A DNA stretch of 40,194 nt from Klebsiella phage vB_KM5a1-KLB24, in sequence record PP554338.1, one strand, 5' to 3'. Positions 1 through 9,640 of the stretch are shown in pieces. The first letter of the stretch is position 1, and every line of letters starts with the position of its first letter. The position numbers and the translations under genes are program-made. The notes under the pieces are model-generated. The model was not told where the DNA came from and made no database searches. It was given only the letters and a program-made list of their open reading frames with translations.

Positions 1-2829
1 CTAGAAAGTTTCCCAATTTTCGTAATTGACCATTCGGTTAAGAATGTTGGACATTTCCGGGGTCAGGTATCGCACCACGGAAGGCCCGCCGCGCGGCGTT
101 TTCTTGCGACGGTCAACGATAGGACGAATTCGGATTAATCGCCCCTGTTCGCATAGGTCGCTTACAATCATATCAAATGCGCCCTTATGCGGAAGATTCT
201 GAAAATCGGTTTTGGAACGCAATTCGCGATACGTGAACGGGCGTTGATGTTTGTTCATGTACTCGATAGCGCTACGCGACATTGATTCGTTTTCGTTAGG
301 CGCAATTTTGCGTTTCGCCGTTTCGTAACTATTAATCAAAAGACGTTCAACAATCATGTAAGAAATTTCGACGGCGCGTTTTGTCAGGCGGCGCGAATTC
401 GGGTCGTTCGTCAATTGCCAGATTAAGGCGAAGCGCTTAACCTGCGATTCGAAGCGACGGAAAATCTTTCCAAAAAATTCATCGTTGTTAGCGTAATCCG
501 CCGCAACTTGTCGAATTACAGATAATACCTGTTCGGCGTCACGGTCAATAATTAACTCCGTTACGTTCGGCGTGTCGGTTGCGTTTTCGGTTTCACCAAC
601 GAACATTCCGCCACCCTGATAAACGGATTTAATCATGAAATGCCAACGCTTGAATTCGCTGTATTCCGGCCCGGTCAAATCATCGACTTTCGGTTTTGGC
701 TGCAAGTGGCGTTCAGGAACATCCACCAGCAAGACGCGCGTTAAAAAACCATCTTCGATAATTGCGTTCGTAAGGTTAGACCACATACTTTCATCGGTTG
801 TCATGGACAATAACGACGGGCAAACACGACCTAAATCAACGGTCTTTTTCGTTTTGTCGGAAGCGCCCAACGCCACAACGTTAGCTTTACGCTTAAATCC
901 TTCGAACCCATCCAGCAGCGCCCTAACAATCCCCTCTTGCGAGGTATTCGCTTTAGGCCCGAATAGTTTTTTCTGGTATTTGCCCCACTCGTCAATAATA
1001 AAAGCGCAAGCGCGGTTAATGCTCAAATGGATATCAAACCCGGTATCGGATTTAATATCCTTTGGCCCTAAGCGCGATTTCTCTTTACAGTCGTCCAGCG
1101 CGTTTATGATTAATCCCAATGTGTGAGATTTACCCGTTGATGTTCCGCCGATACCAATCATATATAAATTGGTTGTTTCGTACTCGACGTGGAATCGACC
1201 AGCAAGAATAATTGAAGGTAACGCGAAAGCGAAGATTAACGACATTTCCGGGTTATAGTATTCCATCGCTTTTGCGTGGTACATATAAGCCGCGTAGAGC
1301 GTCCTATTGCCGCCGAACAATTCCATTACTCGTTTTTGTTCTTCAATTGGCGGTAGCGCGTTTCCGTTTAATTGCGGAACGTTTAGCATTTCGTGAAATT
1401 TCCTATTCAGAATTCCAACGCTTGAAAATTGTTGCTGTGAAGTGAAACCGATATTAGTTGTATAATTCGGATTATCATATTCGACAACAACGCCATTTTC
1501 ATCATAATCCAGCAACGTGGCGTCATTGGCTGGCGCGGCTGGTATGTTGAATAAATCATGTTCGTAATCAATCCCCGACATGTTAGGACGCGCCGACCAA
1601 CGGCGAATCAGGAATGATCGTTGCCACGGCGTAAACCCGGTTTCCGGGAAAATGTTAATTGACGAATCGACGTAAATCGAACCGGGCGGAATGCCGTTAG
1701 AATTGCAATATTCCAGATACTCTTTTTCGCACGGCCTGAACGCGTGTTGATTGGAGTCGATGAACATCGAACCTAATTCGGTTTCTTCCGGTTCCGGCTC
1801 TACGTCCTTTTCGGTAACTTCTAAAAATACGTAATCTTCTGGCGGAATAATTACGCCCTTTTTGCCGGGATTCACGTAACCGTAATCGGCGGCAATTTTG
1901 AATAGCGTCGCAACGGTGCGCCCGCCAGCCGCTTTAAATGTGCGCCACTGGCGGTTAGCCTTATGAGGTTTAAACTTCGAGCCTAACCCGCGCGCAACCC
2001 AATCGAGGAATAACGCGTTCCCCTGCGCGTCAGGCATAGCCGACTGAATCGCCATACCGATTTGAACGCGTTCATCGTGTGACACGGAACCGAAATCGGC
2101 ATAGGTTAATGCTTCCTCGATTTGCTCGTAATCTTCATTATCCAAATCACGCGGCGCGAACGTAAAGCGTTGCGGTACATAATCCGGGGATTGTGATTTC
2201 TTGATAAAGTCAGCGATAGCGCGGGGGAGTGGTGGAATTTTCCCATCAATCAAATTAGCGAATGAAGGCGAATCCCCGTTTTCTTCACGTTCGAATTTAT
2301 AGGTTAATCCCGAAATGTGGTTGGATGGCTCTAACAGGATATACCCGTTAAACTTGAAATCGACGCTAGGGAATTTTTTTCCCAATCCAGCCGGGGCCGC
2401 TTGCATCCAATCGGGAACAGCAAAAATCATATGAACGCCACCGCCGCCCGTTTCTTGGGTGATGGTTGAGAATACACGGCCTTCATTCATATCCCCGAAT
2501 TCTTCGCCTTTGGTAATTTCGAAATCTTCCAAAGAGCGGAACCCGTCGTTTGCGCCTTCGTGTCGGTCAACGTCCACGACGAAAAGCCCGTTCGCTGAAC
2601 AGGCTAACCCGATATTAGCGTTCGGGTAACGCGCCCACCACGCGGAAACCTGCGCCGGGTCATTGCTGGCAATCTTGAAACCATCTTTCAAAATCGGGTG
2701 TTTACCCTGATTCGCCTTAACGCAATCAGGCATCCCGCAAGCGCATTTCCCGTTTTCGTTAATCCACCACAAAGGGAAAATTTTCAATCCGGCTTTCGCG
2801 TATAAATTCGCGAATTCTGATTTTGTCAT
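1..2829 (-). CDS. Bifunctional primase-polymerase / SF3 helicase (prim-pol N-terminal domain plus D5-like P-loop NTPase)
   Basis: 942-aa ORF. The N-terminus has a Cys/His-rich prim-pol-like region (CACGMPDC..DVDRHEG). Walker A GIGGTSTGKS and Walker B FIIDEW are present. ATG at 2827-2829; its stop overlaps the upstream small ORF in an ATGA arrangement. Confidence 0.8.
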   Translation of the reverse strand: MTKSEFANLYAKAGLKIFPLWWINENGKCACGMPDCVKANQGKHPILKDGFKIASNDPAQVSAWWARYPNANIGLACSANGLFVVDVDRHEGANDGFRSLEDFEITKGEEFGDMNEGRVFSTITQETGGGGVHMIFAVPDWMQAAPAGLGKKFPSVDFKFNGYILLEPSNHISGLTYKFEREENGDSPSFANLIDGKIPPLPRAIADFIKKSQSPDYVPQRFTFAPRDLDNEDYEQIEEALTYADFGSVSHDERVQIGMAIQSAMPDAQGNALFLDWVARGLGSKFKPHKANRQWRTFKAAGGRTVATLFKIAADYGYVNPGKKGVIIPPEDYVFLEVTEKDVEPEPEETELGSMFIDSNQHAFRPCEKEYLEYCNSNGIPPGSIYVDSSINIFPETGFTPWQRSFLIRRWSARPNMSGIDYEHDLFNIPAAPANDATLLDYDENGVVVEYDNPNYTTNIGFTSQQQFSSVGILNRKFHEMLNVPQLNGNALPPIEEQKRVMELFGGNRTLYAAYMYHAKAMEYYNPEMSLIFAFALPSIILAGRFHVEYETTNLYMIGIGGTSTGKSHTLGLIINALDDCKEKSRLGPKDIKSDTGFDIHLSINRACAFIIDEWGKYQKKLFGPKANTSQEGIVRALLDGFEGFKRKANVVALGASDKTKKTVDLGRVCPSLLSMTTDESMWSNLTNAIIEDGFLTRVLLVDVPERHLQPKPKVDDLTGPEYSEFKRWHFMIKSVYQGGGMFVGETENATDTPNVTELIIDRDAEQVLSVIRQVAADYANNDEFFGKIFRRFESQVKRFALIWQLTNDPNSRRLTKRAVEISYMIVERLLINSYETAKRKIAPNENESMSRSAIEYMNKHQRPFTYRELRSKTDFQNLPHKGAFDMIVSDLCEQGRLIRIRPIVDRRKKTPRGGPSVVRYLTPEMSNILNRMVNYENWETF
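2223..2237. repeat. Motif copy inside the primase gene
   Basis: Exact copy; encodes IPPLP. Confidence 0.65.
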
Positions 2830-3050
2830 TTTGCCGCCAATCCCGTAAGTGAAATTTCGATTCCGTACATTTTGCCAATTTCGCGCAAGGCTGTAAAATA
2901 TTTTTTGCTAGGGTATATACCCGGCGCGGCGTACCAGTAGTGGATAACTGACTGGTTAAACTTCGGGAAACCCATATCCCGTAAGTGTTTGGCGATGGTT
3001 TCCGGTGATTGTATGTGTTGAATGAGTTTATCGAATTCAGCCGTTACCAT
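2826..3050 (-). CDS. Small hypothetical protein, possible HTH; start moved to the first ATG
   Basis: The track ORF starts at a TTG with no Shine-Dalgarno sequence. The internal ATG (MVTAEFDKL...) is more plausible. It overlaps the primase start, suggesting translational coupling. Confidence 0.4.
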   Translation of the reverse strand: MVTAEFDKLIQHIQSPETIAKHLRDMGFPKFNQSVIHYWYAAPGIYPSKKYFTALREIGKMYGIEISLTGLAAK

Positions 3051-3129
3051 GTTGATTTCCGTTGATGTTGACAAGATTTAAGTTACGTGTAAGCATATCA
3101 CCACCGAACAACAAAGGGAACGGGTAACA

Positions 3130-3837
3130 ATGGCGTATCAAATCAAAAACACGGGTTCGCCTTCGCACCGAAAGTTAGATTTGCTTTCCCACGGATTAGC
3201 GGGAACAGAAAAGACGCTTTCGATAGGTCGGTTCGCGCAAGCCGGGTTTAATCCGTTGGTGATTGCTTGCGATCCAGGCGGAACCACAACGCTAAAGAAT
3301 TTCAATATTCCTTTTATTGAAATCGACAAACCGCAACAACTCTATGAAGTGATAAAAGATATCCATTCCGGTAAACTCAATATTTCGCAATTCGGAATGT
3401 TGTGTTTAGACGGTGCAACCAATCTTTCCTATATGTGCCTAAAGGCTACCGGGGAAAGTGCGAACGACCGCCGTTTAGATTATGCGAATTACTGGATTGG
3501 CTTTCGTCGGCTGGTGGATGAATTGCGCCGAATGCCTTTGCATTTTTACGCCAATTGCTTATCGGCTGAATTAAAGCAGGATTCGAACAAATGGGGGCCA
3601 TACGTAGAAGGCGCAAAATTTTGCGTCCAAATGGCTGGCATGTTTAACGCGGTTATCGCACATCGCCGAATTCAGGACGGCAGTAAAGACCAAAACGGGA
3701 ATTTACTTGCGCCCGTTTATCTGCAAACGCAAGACGACGGATTTTTTAATTGCAAAGAAAGAACGAATAGTTGTAATATGTTCGAACGCGATTTATCGGA
3801 AATCGCGATTAAGATTCTCAACAACCCAAACGCGTAA
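3130..3837 (+). CDS. AAA_24 / Sak4-like recombination ATPase (deviant Walker A GLAGTEKT)
   Basis: 235 aa with a P-loop-like GxxGxEKT. It sits directly upstream of a DUF669-like SSB and a Cas4-like nuclease, the usual phage Sak4-SSB-nuclease arrangement. Confidence 0.45.
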   Translation: MAYQIKNTGSPSHRKLDLLSHGLAGTEKTLSIGRFAQAGFNPLVIACDPGGTTTLKNFNIPFIEIDKPQQLYEVIKDIHSGKLNISQFGMLCLDGATNLSYMCLKATGESANDRRLDYANYWIGFRRLVDELRRMPLHFYANCLSAELKQDSNKWGPYVEGAKFCVQMAGMFNAVIAHRRIQDGSKDQNGNLLAPVYLQTQDDGFFNCKERTNSCNMFERDLSEIAIKILNNPNA

Positions 3838-3847
3838 GGGCTAAATC

Positions 3848-4993
3848 ATGAATAACGGTTTCAACAATAACGGCAATTTCAACAACCAGCAAAACAACGG
3901 CGGGTTCAACAATGGCGGCAACAACCAAAACGGTTTCAACCAGAACGGCGGAAACTTCAACGGCAACAATTCCGGTTTCCAGAACAACCAGCAGGGCGGA
4001 AACTTCCAAAACGGCGGCAACTTCCAGCAGGGCGGAAACTTCAACGGCAACCAAAACAACGGGCCGATGAATCAGCCGGGTCAGTTCGGCGGCAATGGCG
4101 GCGGTCAGTTTAATGGCGGCGGCGCTGTAATGGAAATGGCGGTTGATATGAACGAACAACCGTCTACGGGTTACGGCCTGTTAGACCGTGGGCGCTATTT
4201 GCTCGAAGTCACGGCGGCGGAATACGGCCCGAACAACAACCAAAACGGCTACGTTTTGAAAATTCAAAGCATGGTTCACGGCGGCGATTTTAACGGGCGT
4301 ACCTACTTTGACAATTTCAACCTCCAGCATGAAAGCCAGCAAACGCAACAAATCGCGCAACGTGATTATGCGGCGTTGTGTCTCGCCATTTTCGGTAAAG
4401 GCTACCGCGCCAAAAACCCGAAAGAGCTGGAAGGCAAAATGTATATGGCGGATATTGACCTGTATACGCCAAAACCAAAACGCGGTCAAAACCCTGATAT
4501 GTGGAATCAGGATTCAGAACAGCAGAAACCGGAACCGCGTAACCGCGTAACCGCGTATATGCCGTTTAACGGTCAGCAGGGCCAGCCGCAAGGCCAGCAA
4601 CCGAATAATAACCCAATGAGCCAGCCGCAAGGCGGTGCGGTTCAGCAGAACCACCAGCAACCGCAAAACAACGGCGGCGGTAATTTCCAGCAGGGCGGAA
4701 ATAACAATTTCCAGCAGGGCGGCAACATCCAGAATAACGGGGGTCAGCAAAACGGCGGGTTTTCCCAAAACAACGGCGGGAACAACGGCGGCAACTTCTC
4801 CCATTCCGGGGGTGACGTTTCGCAACAAAACGTCGGAAACCAAAACGCGGGCGGCGATGGAGCATTACAATCTAACCAGCAAGCAAACGGATTTTCCGGG
4901 GATGTAAACCAGCAGAACGGCGGCGGTTTCAATAACGGCGGCAATGGCGGCGGTTTCAATAACGGCAACGGTTCCAACTTCCCGCAAATGTAA
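3848..4993 (+). CDS. DUF669-like single-strand DNA-binding protein with long N/Q/G/F-rich low-complexity N- and C-terminal extensions
   Basis: The central ~150 aa (GYGLLDRGRYLLEVTAAEYGPNNNQNGYVLKIQSMVHGGDFNGRTYFDNFNL...) resembles the DUF669 SSB fold. The flanks are repeats of the GGNFQ / NNGGN type. ORFs on the opposite strand here are low-complexity artifacts. Confidence 0.5.
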   Translation: MNNGFNNNGNFNNQQNNGGFNNGGNNQNGFNQNGGNFNGNNSGFQNNQQGGNFQNGGNFQQGGNFNGNQNNGPMNQPGQFGGNGGGQFNGGGAVMEMAVDMNEQPSTGYGLLDRGRYLLEVTAAEYGPNNNQNGYVLKIQSMVHGGDFNGRTYFDNFNLQHESQQTQQIAQRDYAALCLAIFGKGYRAKNPKELEGKMYMADIDLYTPKPKRGQNPDMWNQDSEQQKPEPRNRVTAYMPFNGQQGQPQGQQPNNNPMSQPQGGAVQQNHQQPQNNGGGNFQQGGNNNFQQGGNIQNNGGQQNGGFSQNNGGNNGGNFSHSGGDVSQQNVGNQNAGGDGALQSNQQANGFSGDVNQQNGGGFNNGGNGGGFNNGNGSNFPQM

Positions 4994-5003
4994 TTCACAA
5001 TTC

Positions 5004-5033
5004 AAAGGGCGGCTAATGTCGCCCTTTTCCTTT
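5004..5033 (+). terminator. Intrinsic terminator-like hairpin after the SSB gene (GGGCG-N8-CGCCC + TTTTCCTTT)
   Basis: A GC stem and T-rich tail on the + strand between 4993 and 5045. It is probably a partial terminator or attenuator. Confidence 0.4.
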
Positions 5034-5044
5034 AAGGGGCGAAA

Positions 5045-6085
5045 ATGATTTTAGATAATGCTTTCTATCGCCAATTACAAAGGGCGTTTCGTTTCGTGGC
5101 GGAAGATAAGCGCGAAATTCGCGCCCCGTCTTTCGCTGATAATGAGTGTAAGCGCGGCTATTGGCTTTCAGCCCGTGGCGCGATTGCTATTGTTCCACAT
5201 CAAAACATCGGCGCTTTTCTCCACTTCGAGGAAATCAACGCTAAAGCGTTCGCCGAAAAATGCCAGCGCGAAAATATTAACGTTCAGTTCGCGGAAGAAA
5301 ATTTAACGTTTGGTCATGGTCACGTTAAATTATATTCTAACCTGATTTGTTATTATGGGAATTATGCCAATTCGCAGAACCCCGCGCGCGCCCGTTATAT
5401 TTCATGCTCGAAAAGCAAGTTCGGGGAAGTGGTGGAAAATGGAATTCCGCGCGCGCTCGAATATCAGGCAATGATTATTATGGCGCTAACCCGAACGCGT
5501 GATTTTCTCTACGTGTTTCATTCAGTGCAAACGGGGCAATTTAAATTCATCGAAATTAAATACGATGAAAAATTGGCGATGGAAGTTTGGGAAACGGCAA
5601 ACGCCGGGGTCGAGTCGGTAGATATTCCGCCGCACTTGCCGGAAATTGGCGGGAAGATTCACCCTAAATGTGCGGATTGCGAATTTAGCGCCGCTTGTTT
5701 AGCGCCTGAAATCCCCGCGCCAACTTGCCGCGCTTGTCGTCATGTTGTGTTAGGGCCGAACGGTTATATTGCTTGCGGTGCGCAAAATAACTTTAACCTT
5801 AGTCCTGATATGATTTTGAACCTTCACAAATGCGAATACCATCGTTATAACGCCGGGTTAATTGCGACTTGGGCGCAACCGGAAGGGCGCACCGATGCGA
5901 ACGAATGGGTTTATTCTAATTTACTGAATGGCGGAAAATTCGTAAATGGCTCTACCACTCCCGGCGCTTATTCGTCATATCAGATGAATAACATCGAAGG
6001 GAATAACCCGGCGTCGCTGGTGGGCGACGAAACGTTAAATAAATTAATTCAAATGTTTGACGCAAAATTAGCCGATGATAAATAA
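5045..6085 (+). CDS. PD-(D/E)XK-family nuclease with a 4-Cys Fe-S cluster (Cas4/AddB-like; DUF2800-type)
   Basis: 346 aa. It has an N-terminal Cys (ADNECKRGYW) plus CADCEFSAAC (C-x2-C-x5-C), the iron-staple signature of Cas4/AddB nucleases. It lies in the recombination module. Confidence 0.5.
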   Translation: MILDNAFYRQLQRAFRFVAEDKREIRAPSFADNECKRGYWLSARGAIAIVPHQNIGAFLHFEEINAKAFAEKCQRENINVQFAEENLTFGHGHVKLYSNLICYYGNYANSQNPARARYISCSKSKFGEVVENGIPRALEYQAMIIMALTRTRDFLYVFHSVQTGQFKFIEIKYDEKLAMEVWETANAGVESVDIPPHLPEIGGKIHPKCADCEFSAACLAPEIPAPTCRACRHVVLGPNGYIACGAQNNFNLSPDMILNLHKCEYHRYNAGLIATWAQPEGRTDANEWVYSNLLNGGKFVNGSTTPGAYSSYQMNNIEGNNPASLVGDETLNKLIQMFDAKLADDK

Positions 6086-7697
6086 TAACTTAATCGAATA
6101 TCGTGATTATCAGGGCGAAGCAATTAACGATACCCTGAACTATTGGGAAAAGGAAGATTGGCGGTCGCCGATTATCGAAGCGCCTACGGGGTCGGGCAAA
6201 TCGATAATTGTCGGCGGCGTTGTTGTGGAGGCAATGCGACGTTACCAAACCAAATTACGGTCGGTTATTATTGTCCCGTCTAAAGAATTATGCATTCAGA
6301 ACGCGGAAAAACTCGAAAAGCTGGCCCCGCCCGGTGTGTCAGTTGACGTTTATTCGGCATCGGTAGGGCGCAAAAACGCCCTTGCGGATATCGTTTGTTG
6401 TACCATCGGGAGCATTCGAAGCAAGGCCGCCGAATTCGGGCATCGCGATATTATCGGCATTGATGAATGTCACCGCGTCAGCCCGGACGGAAAGGGGGAT
6501 TATTGGGAATTCATAGACGGGATGATAACGTTAAAGCGTAAGTTTCGTTTATTCGGATTAACCGCAACCCCTTATCGCGGTAATGGCGTTTGGATTACCG
6601 ACGGCAAGCGCCCCGCATTTCATGGTTTTAGCCATAGAATTAAAATTATGGAAATGCTGGAGCGTGGTTTTTTATCTCCGCTGGTAATTCCGGGCGAAGA
6701 AATCAGGACGCGCATTAATACCGATGGAGTAGAGAAATCAGGATATGATTTTAAAATCGACCAGTTGGCGGCGCGAACCGCTAAATACTTAGTAACGGCG
6801 GCAGATGAAGCGATTCATCTTGCGGCGAACCGGAATAAATGGATTGCGTTTCTTCCAGACGTTCAGACCGCTAACGACTTCGCAAAAATCCTTAATGCGA
6901 AAGGCGTTCCGTCAGGCGTGGTAACTGGTGAAACCCCGGACGCCGAAAGGGAATATTTAATTGAACAGTTTAAGCGCGGCAACCTGCAATGTTTAATTAC
7001 TGTTTTGGCTTTATCAACCGGGTTTGACGTTCCAGATATTGATTGTATTTTGTGGTTGCGCTCCACGCATTCGCCCGTTTTATATGTTCAGGGTGCGGGG
7101 CGTGGTTTGCGAATTGCCCCCGGAAAGGCTAATTGCTTATGGCTGGATTTTACCGATACGACGGAACGTTTAGGGCCGCTCGATAAAATTACGGGCCGGA
7201 AGAAAAAGCGCAAGGCTAACGACCACGCGCCGTGCGTTATTTGTGACGATTGCGGCTCTAGCATTATGCCAGCAAGCGCGCTTTATTGCCCGGTATGTGG
7301 TGCGACGTTACGCGAAATTGAGGATTTGGAAGCGCGCTACGCTTCGAACGCCGAAATATTCGCGGGCCTGAACCCGACGCCAATTTTCCCGGTTAGTCAT
7401 ATATCGGTTATGGAGCAAAAGACCACAAACGGCAAATCGTTTTTGATGGTTTATTTTTATAACCAAATGGTCGAGCTATGCCGCGAACCGATATTTTTTA
7501 GCGGGATTGCTATTTCCCAACAATGCGTTAATTTCTGGATTGCGCTAACTGGCGACCATATGGGGCAATACAATAATTACACCGCTTGCGCCAGATACTT
7601 AAAAGAGTATATCGCGTTTGATAAGCGAATGGGGGTCGGCTCGATTCGCGTTGACCGAACTAAAAAATATCCGAAATTACTGGACATTATCCGATGA
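6075..7697 (+). CDS. Superfamily-2 DEAH-box DNA helicase with a C-terminal zinc ribbon
   Basis: Helicase motifs: I APTGSGKS, II GIDECHR, III LTATP, VI QGAGRGLR. The C-terminus has CVICDDCG...CPVCG. Confidence 0.8.
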   Translation: MINNNLIEYRDYQGEAINDTLNYWEKEDWRSPIIEAPTGSGKSIIVGGVVVEAMRRYQTKLRSVIIVPSKELCIQNAEKLEKLAPPGVSVDVYSASVGRKNALADIVCCTIGSIRSKAAEFGHRDIIGIDECHRVSPDGKGDYWEFIDGMITLKRKFRLFGLTATPYRGNGVWITDGKRPAFHGFSHRIKIMEMLERGFLSPLVIPGEEIRTRINTDGVEKSGYDFKIDQLAARTAKYLVTAADEAIHLAANRNKWIAFLPDVQTANDFAKILNAKGVPSGVVTGETPDAEREYLIEQFKRGNLQCLITVLALSTGFDVPDIDCILWLRSTHSPVLYVQGAGRGLRIAPGKANCLWLDFTDTTERLGPLDKITGRKKKRKANDHAPCVICDDCGSSIMPASALYCPVCGATLREIEDLEARYASNAEIFAGLNPTPIFPVSHISVMEQKTTNGKSFLMVYFYNQMVELCREPIFFSGIAISQQCVNFWIALTGDHMGQYNNYTACARYLKEYIAFDKRMGVGSIRVDRTKKYPKLLDIIR

Positions 7698-8017
7698 ATG
7701 TAAACGGTAATAATATGATAATCGACGGGCCGGAATATCTTCACGCGGCCTTAAACGACATGAAGGCATTGAGGCATATTCTGGAGGGGAACCCATTCAC
7801 GAAAGATTACACCAGCGTAAAACGCGAATTAGATTGTCGGATTAAATTTTATGAAGGCTTAGTATCTAATTTGCGCTGTATTAATTGTTTTCACTATCGA
7901 AGCGAAACCGCGTCGCCGATGGGCGCTATGTGTAACGTGAACGGGCTTTTCCCGGAAAACATCAAACCGGGCGAATACTTTTGCGGCGCTTATGTGTTTG
8001 ACGACGTTCCGTTTTAA
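7694..8017 (+). CDS. Hypothetical Cys-rich small protein
   Basis: 107 aa. Its ATG overlaps the helicase stop. C-terminal CINCFH...C...C pattern. Confidence 0.45.
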   Translation: MNVNGNNMIIDGPEYLHAALNDMKALRHILEGNPFTKDYTSVKRELDCRIKFYEGLVSNLRCINCFHYRSETASPMGAMCNVNGLFPENIKPGEYFCGAYVFDDVPF

Positions 8018-8058
8018 CTGTAAAATCGTAATTCCGGTTAACTAAAAGAGGCTACAAA

Positions 8059-8916
8059 ATGAATCTTGATAAATATGTTCCCGTAGGCGTTGACTCCGAA
8101 ACCATCCCAACGCAAAACGTTGACACTATAGAAATGCTGAAAGTCACCAGCGCGAAAGATGTTGTTTTACCGTCACTGACTAAAACGGAATTGCTCGAAG
8201 CGTTAAAGGGTCAGCCGTACCCGTTAGGCGGTTTGAAGGTTGACGAATTGAAAAAATTATGGATGGACGAATTCGGCGGCCCGTTGCTTTTGAAGGAATT
8301 CGAAAAGGCGTATCGCCGTACATCGTTTGACGCGGTAGCGGGTGGCGAAGTCGTCGCCGTGGCTGGTCACGTTTTCGGGCTTAACCAGACCGTTTCCAAT
8401 TATCGCTGGCTGGAGCAGGGAACGCCAGAATCAAACATGCTTCCGGTTCCGTCCGGCCCTACCGAAGCGGAATTAATCGATAAATTTTTCCGCTGGCTGG
8501 AAAACGCGAACGATTGGGCGCGCGGTCAAAGTAAACAGCTTTTATTGGTTGGCGCTAACGTTCGCAATTTCGATATGAAGTTTTTAGCGCGGCGCGCGCT
8601 TTACCATAACGTTGATTTGCCTAACTTCGGGATTTGCGATACGTCGTATATCTCACGCCGTTACTTCGACGTAATCGAGGCTTTCGGCTTTTATGACCGT
8701 GGCGACAAAACGCGCTATTCACTTAAACGAATCTGCGATTTCCTCGGAATCGAATCTCCGAAGGTTGACGAATTCGGCGAAATCGACGGTTCGATGGTTT
8801 GGGATATTTGGGCCAATAACGGCAAAGATGGAGCCGAACGCATTAGCAAATATTGCGCGCGCGATGCCGTGGTTTTAGAACCTATCTTCAACAAACTTCA
8901 TTGGCTGGTGGAATGA
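8059..8916 (+). CDS. DEDDy-type 3'-5' exonuclease (DnaQ-like)
   Basis: Exo I VGVDSET, Exo II LLVGANVRNFDMKFL and Exo III YCARDAV motifs are present in the right order. Confidence 0.65.
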   Translation: MNLDKYVPVGVDSETIPTQNVDTIEMLKVTSAKDVVLPSLTKTELLEALKGQPYPLGGLKVDELKKLWMDEFGGPLLLKEFEKAYRRTSFDAVAGGEVVAVAGHVFGLNQTVSNYRWLEQGTPESNMLPVPSGPTEAELIDKFFRWLENANDWARGQSKQLLLVGANVRNFDMKFLARRALYHNVDLPNFGICDTSYISRRYFDVIEAFGFYDRGDKTRYSLKRICDFLGIESPKVDEFGEIDGSMVWDIWANNGKDGAERISKYCARDAVVLEPIFNKLHWLVE

Positions 8917-9242
8917 TGGACACTGGAATTTTCAAAAGGGTAAACTTTGATTTCTTTGTTTACCTGATTTACCACAAACGCGAAACCGATATTCGTTACG
9001 TAAAAACGTTTAAGGTTACGGCCCCCGGTCACGTAATAGCGCAAGAGATTGCGCGGGATAATTGCGCCGAATTTATCGAGGGAATCCAGCGCAATAAATT
9101 TCACTGTTACTTTGCTTGCTCAAAGCGCATAGGGGCCGTTTCCAGCGACTTCGAGCGCGGGCGCTGTGATAGTATGGGCGAAGTCGAGATAACCCGCCAG
9201 CAAGCGGAATACTTCGCCAGCCGTAGGCAGATGAACCCATGA
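8913..9242 (+). CDS. Hypothetical protein (start reassigned to MMDTGIF, ATGA overlap with the exonuclease stop)
   Basis: The track ORF begins inside the exonuclease gene. The ATG coupled to the upstream stop is more plausible. Confidence 0.4.
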   Translation: MMDTGIFKRVNFDFFVYLIYHKRETDIRYVKTFKVTAPGHVIAQEIARDNCAEFIEGIQRNKFHCYFACSKRIGAVSSDFERGRCDSMGEVEITRQQAEYFASRRQMNP

Positions 9243-9610
9243 CCACCAGCAAAGCGGGCAAAGGCCCGCTATCAATCCACCTGGACGATTGCCGCACGTT
9301 GTCCGACTTAGAACGCCGGATTCTGGCCCACTGTATCGCGTCAGGCGGGGCGGAGGCGTCCGGGTGTACTGTTAGCCCGGTCGGGGTCGTAGCGCCTGAT
9401 AGCGCGGCGGCGCGCGCCGTGTATGACTCGCTTGTTTACGGCTACGGCATGGATATTTTTATTGGGTTCGTTACCGGGAAAGTTGGAAAAAGGAAACATG
9501 ACGCAATCGCGGAATTCGTGGACGCGTTCGCAACGCAAATCGAATATGCGGTAGGGATGAAAAAACACGGATTAGCCAAACCCGTAAAACTCACAATTTC
9601 ACATCAATAA
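9239..9610 (+). CDS. Hypothetical protein
   Basis: 123-aa ORF that ends the + strand operon. ATGA overlap with the upstream ORF. Confidence 0.4.
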   Translation: MTTSKAGKGPLSIHLDDCRTLSDLERRILAHCIASGGAEASGCTVSPVGVVAPDSAAARAVYDSLVYGYGMDIFIGFVTGKVGKRKHDAIAEFVDAFATQIEYAVGMKKHGLAKPVKLTISHQ

Positions 9611-9640
9611 AAAAGGGGCCGCGTTTGGCCCCTTCTCTTT
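9609..9640. terminator. Bidirectional intrinsic terminator (A6-GGGGCC-GCGTTT-GGCCCC-TTCTCTTTT) between the convergent operons
   Basis: A perfect 6-bp GC stem flanked by an A-run and a T-run. It lies exactly between the end of the + operon (9610) and the end of the - block (9640). Confidence 0.7.

Noticed and set aside
635-1445. + strand ORFs 635..1126 and 1212..1445 inside the primase gene
   Set aside because: They lie fully inside a well-supported 942-aa minus-strand gene and show no start signals or domain-like sequence.
3068-3096. TTGACA hexamer between the divergent primase-side ORF and the + operon as an early promoter
   Set aside because: The perfect -35 is followed at 17 nt by only a 2-3/6 match to TATAAT. 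It is possible but not supportable on sequence alone.
3818-4998. Multiple ORFs on both strands overlapping the SSB gene (3818..4159-, 3841..4059-, 4181..4489-, 4514..4843-, 4566..4865-, 4744..4998-, 4308..4550+, 4635..4907+)
   Set aside because: They are products of the GGC/AAC/CAG repeat structure of the N/Q/G-rich SSB gene. Their translations are low-complexity Pro/Leu/Val/Ala strings with no Shine-Dalgarno sequences.
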